From positions 2,966,201 through 3,030,200 of the forward strand of contig NC_092670.1 in NCBI RefSeq assembly GCF_964355755.1: a stretch of 64,000 nt of DNA. Reading direction: 5' to 3'. Position numbers and translations under genes: made by a program. This DNA is from Antedon mediterranea. Taxonomy: Eukaryota; Animalia; Echinodermata. Positions 61,553 through 64,000 of the stretch are shown piece after piece (positions within the stretch are counted from its first letter, which is position 1; every line of letters starts with the position of its first letter). The notes beneath the pieces are model-generated. The model saw nothing but the letters and a program-made list of their open reading frames with translations. It was not told the DNA's origin and did no database searches.

Positions 61553-61601
61553 TGCTGATGCCTCGTGTGTGGTCGTACCAATCGCCATTGTAGTTGACTC
61601 T
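61553..61601 (-). CDS. Possible short Ser/Thr-rich linker exon of FReD copy 2
   Basis: tttttttctgcag|AG TCA ACT ACA.. ESTTMAIGTTTHEASA|gtaagt; the Thr-rich frame continues past this donor, so the end is uncertain. Confidence 0.4.
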
Positions 61602-61849
61602 GCAGAAAAAAATGTAATAATATTAAAAAGCACTATTTCCATATTATTAAATATATTGCCATATTTTTCCTTTTTTTTTTGTATAATCACTTTAATTAAA
61701 CTTTTCTAAACATAATAAAAGTTTGAGGGGAGCTCTTCTTTAAGGAGAAAACTAATGATCAAAACGTACCAAGCACGAACCATTTACGCAGGAGGCTGGA
61801 AAAAGCTTTGTTTCCAGCGTCGCGGGACACTAACTCACATAATAAAAAT

Positions 61850-62140
61850 ATTTCTTTTGAGTCTGGTATTTTTCTCGATAAAATAAAAATTGCAAAGATT
61901 ATCCCTGTCTATAAAGGAAACATTGATGAAATTATAAATTACCACCCGATATCAGTGTTACCTGTATTTTCAAAAATCTTTGAAAAGGCAATGCATAATA
62001 GTCTATATATAATGACTATCGAACCAAATTTTAAATTTTAAACACCCACCAATATGGGTTTCGTGCTAAACACCTGACCTCAAACGCCGCACTTGAACTA
62101 ATTAAAGATACTAGAAAAAATCTTAAAATGTTTTTGATGT
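61850..62140 (+). mobile_element. Short decayed LINE RT fragment (L2/Crack-like)
   Basis: KIAKIIPVYKG..NYHPISVLPVFSKIFEK..QYGFRAKH. Confidence 0.7.
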
Positions 62141-62378
62141 AATTTTTCCAGATCTTTCCATTACTGTATTTTTTATTGAGTATACCTTGCGCAATTTTGC
62201 GTAAATTTTCCACCAATATAATAAGGTCAATTGGTATTTTTTTATATTAATTTAGGCAGTAAAATGATCATGTGAGTTTTTCACGATAACACTATCTACT
62301 GCACTTGCACGGTGATCTGTTCTCGTCGCGATGTAGTTTTTGACGGTTGGAAAGTAGTATATGTAAACATTCTGGATG

Positions 62379-63458
62379 GGGTGTCACGAAAGCTCAGACC
62401 ACGAAAGCTCAGACCCCCTAAGACCTAAGATCACGAAAGCTAAGACCCAACACCTAAGATTACAAATACTAAGATATACTACAGCTTAAAAACAATACTT
62501 GTTTATCCATACATAATTTTAAACACAGTAGGTTTCATTTATTACCATAAATATAATTTAATACTACCGCAAAACATAGATAAACTCACATTATTTTCGC
62601 CCGTTGAGTAAATGTATATTTTTTCTTTACAACAAACAAACTTGACGGGTTGTTTGTTGGTATATATTTACTCCATTGTGTTGGTTCAGAGGATGTTTTT
62701 CTTACGCACCTGCCTTTCTTGTATTTTGACTCCAAATTTGTTGACTAACTTTATCCTGAACACCACACATTAAAATTAGGACTTATAAGTACTTTCAGAA
62801 GGAGAAACACATAATAACAAATAAATAAATCCTTTAAATTGATGATTTTACAGATGTGTTTCTTTGTATACTGTAATGTAACTCCTCGAGCTCCCCATGC
62901 TCAATGTTTTTGTTTCTATGGAGCGCCAAAAGAGCAACAATAATAGTACAAGTATAAAAACAGAAAGAAAACGAAACAAAAAAACTTATCATGATTTTTA
63001 AATTAAAATTTATTTGCCAGTATTTATTTCTTCGTACTTGCATGATTATACTATTATCATTACAATTTTAATTTTACATTGTTCCATCCACACTGTAGAT
63101 GGACTCCACAGAGTTTTCAGCCCTCTATATAATTTTTGCTCTTTTGACGTTCCATAGAAACAAAAACATTGAACATGGCCCATGGGGTAGGCCTACTGTA
63201 CTGTAGGCTAGTCATTTTGTGTGCGAGAAAAACGTCTGTAAAATCATCAATTTAAAAATGTATTTGTTACTTTTTATGTGATTCTTTTTCATGAAAGTGC
63301 CAATTCTAAGGTGTGGTATTCAGAATAAATGTTAGGAGTTAAAATACAAGGCAGGTGCGAAAGATAAATATTTGTAATCTTAGGTGTTGGGTCTTAGCTT
63401 TCGTGATCTTAGGTCTTAGGGGGTCTGAGCTTTCGTGGTCTGAGCTTTCGTGACACCC
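62379..63458. mobile_element. Intact foldback/MULE-like MITE, 1080 bp, opposite orientation to the 19752 copy
   Basis: GGGTGTCACGAAAGCTCAGA...TCTGAGCTTTCGTGACACCC; 10-bp TSD ATTCTGGATG. Confidence 0.92.
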
Positions 63459-64000
63459 ATTCTGGATGTGACCCTACATTGTTTTCACAGTGTAATGATG
63501 TGATTATGAGATTATTACTAAAATGTCTATTTTAAGGAGATCTTAGAAAGACGTGGCTATATATTCAATAAAGCTAGGCCTTGGCCTACTAGGTATGTAC
63601 TGATGCTGCTGCTTGGCTTAGCTAGGCTGTGATGGCCTTACAGCAGCAGTGAAGTTTGTTATGGCAATCACCCAGCTTCGGACTACACATCATGATCTAG
63701 GGTACCTGAACAATTTTTCTTTTTCTTTCACGTCACTTAACAATTTTGTGATGTGAACAATACAATTTGTTTGTAGATGATTTTGTGTTTCAAAATTATT
63801 AATGTGCGAGAAAACCCAGTAACGATAAATAGGGCGAAACGACCAAGCCTTTTCGAACTTATGAATATATAGGCCTAGACATGGATCCAAGCCTAGCTAG
63901 TTAGGCTAAGTAGAAAGCTGGCTTAAAATTAATAAGCAACTTAATTAAGATGATGCTGTTGTACAGTGCAAATCATAATGTTATATGTAAAACATACTGA

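Overview
AT-rich, intron-containing animal genomic DNA, most likely a marine invertebrate (deuterostome/echinoderm-like; this is inference). Two host gene families are interleaved. (1) GTDC1/QTMAN (tRNA-queuosine mannosyltransferase), + strand: two intact terminal exons at 6.3 and 8.7 kb lie upstream of a separate exon 1-5 block at 37.8-44.9 kb that carries three disabling lesions. (2) Fibrinogen-related-domain (FReD, ficolin/MFAP4-like) genes, - strand: a signal peptide+PAN exon at 3 kb, a 5'-truncated copy at 10.8-28.6 kb and a 3-exon FBG domain at 53.9-56.8 kb. The layout fits tandem duplication of a unit in which a FReD gene is nested antisense in GTDC1 intron 5. The rest is densely nested transposons. 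One 17-kb FReD intron holds a pogo/Tigger element, which contains a hAT/P-type MITE with a Mag-type gag fragment inside, and a foldback MULE-like MITE with an intact RTEX-like LINE inside. That LINE has a 2A-like motif in ORF1, ORF1 and ORF2 in one frame separated by a single UAG, and a 104-bp flanking duplication. Also present: a deleted Gypsy element, degenerate CR1-type LINEs, an Academ derivative with a 1.92-kb internal tandem duplication inside a Kolobok MITE, Harbinger, EnSpm and Penelope remnants, minisatellites, and tiny TSD-flanked palindromes resembling P-element excision footprints. All family assignments come from remembered motifs; no database search was run.
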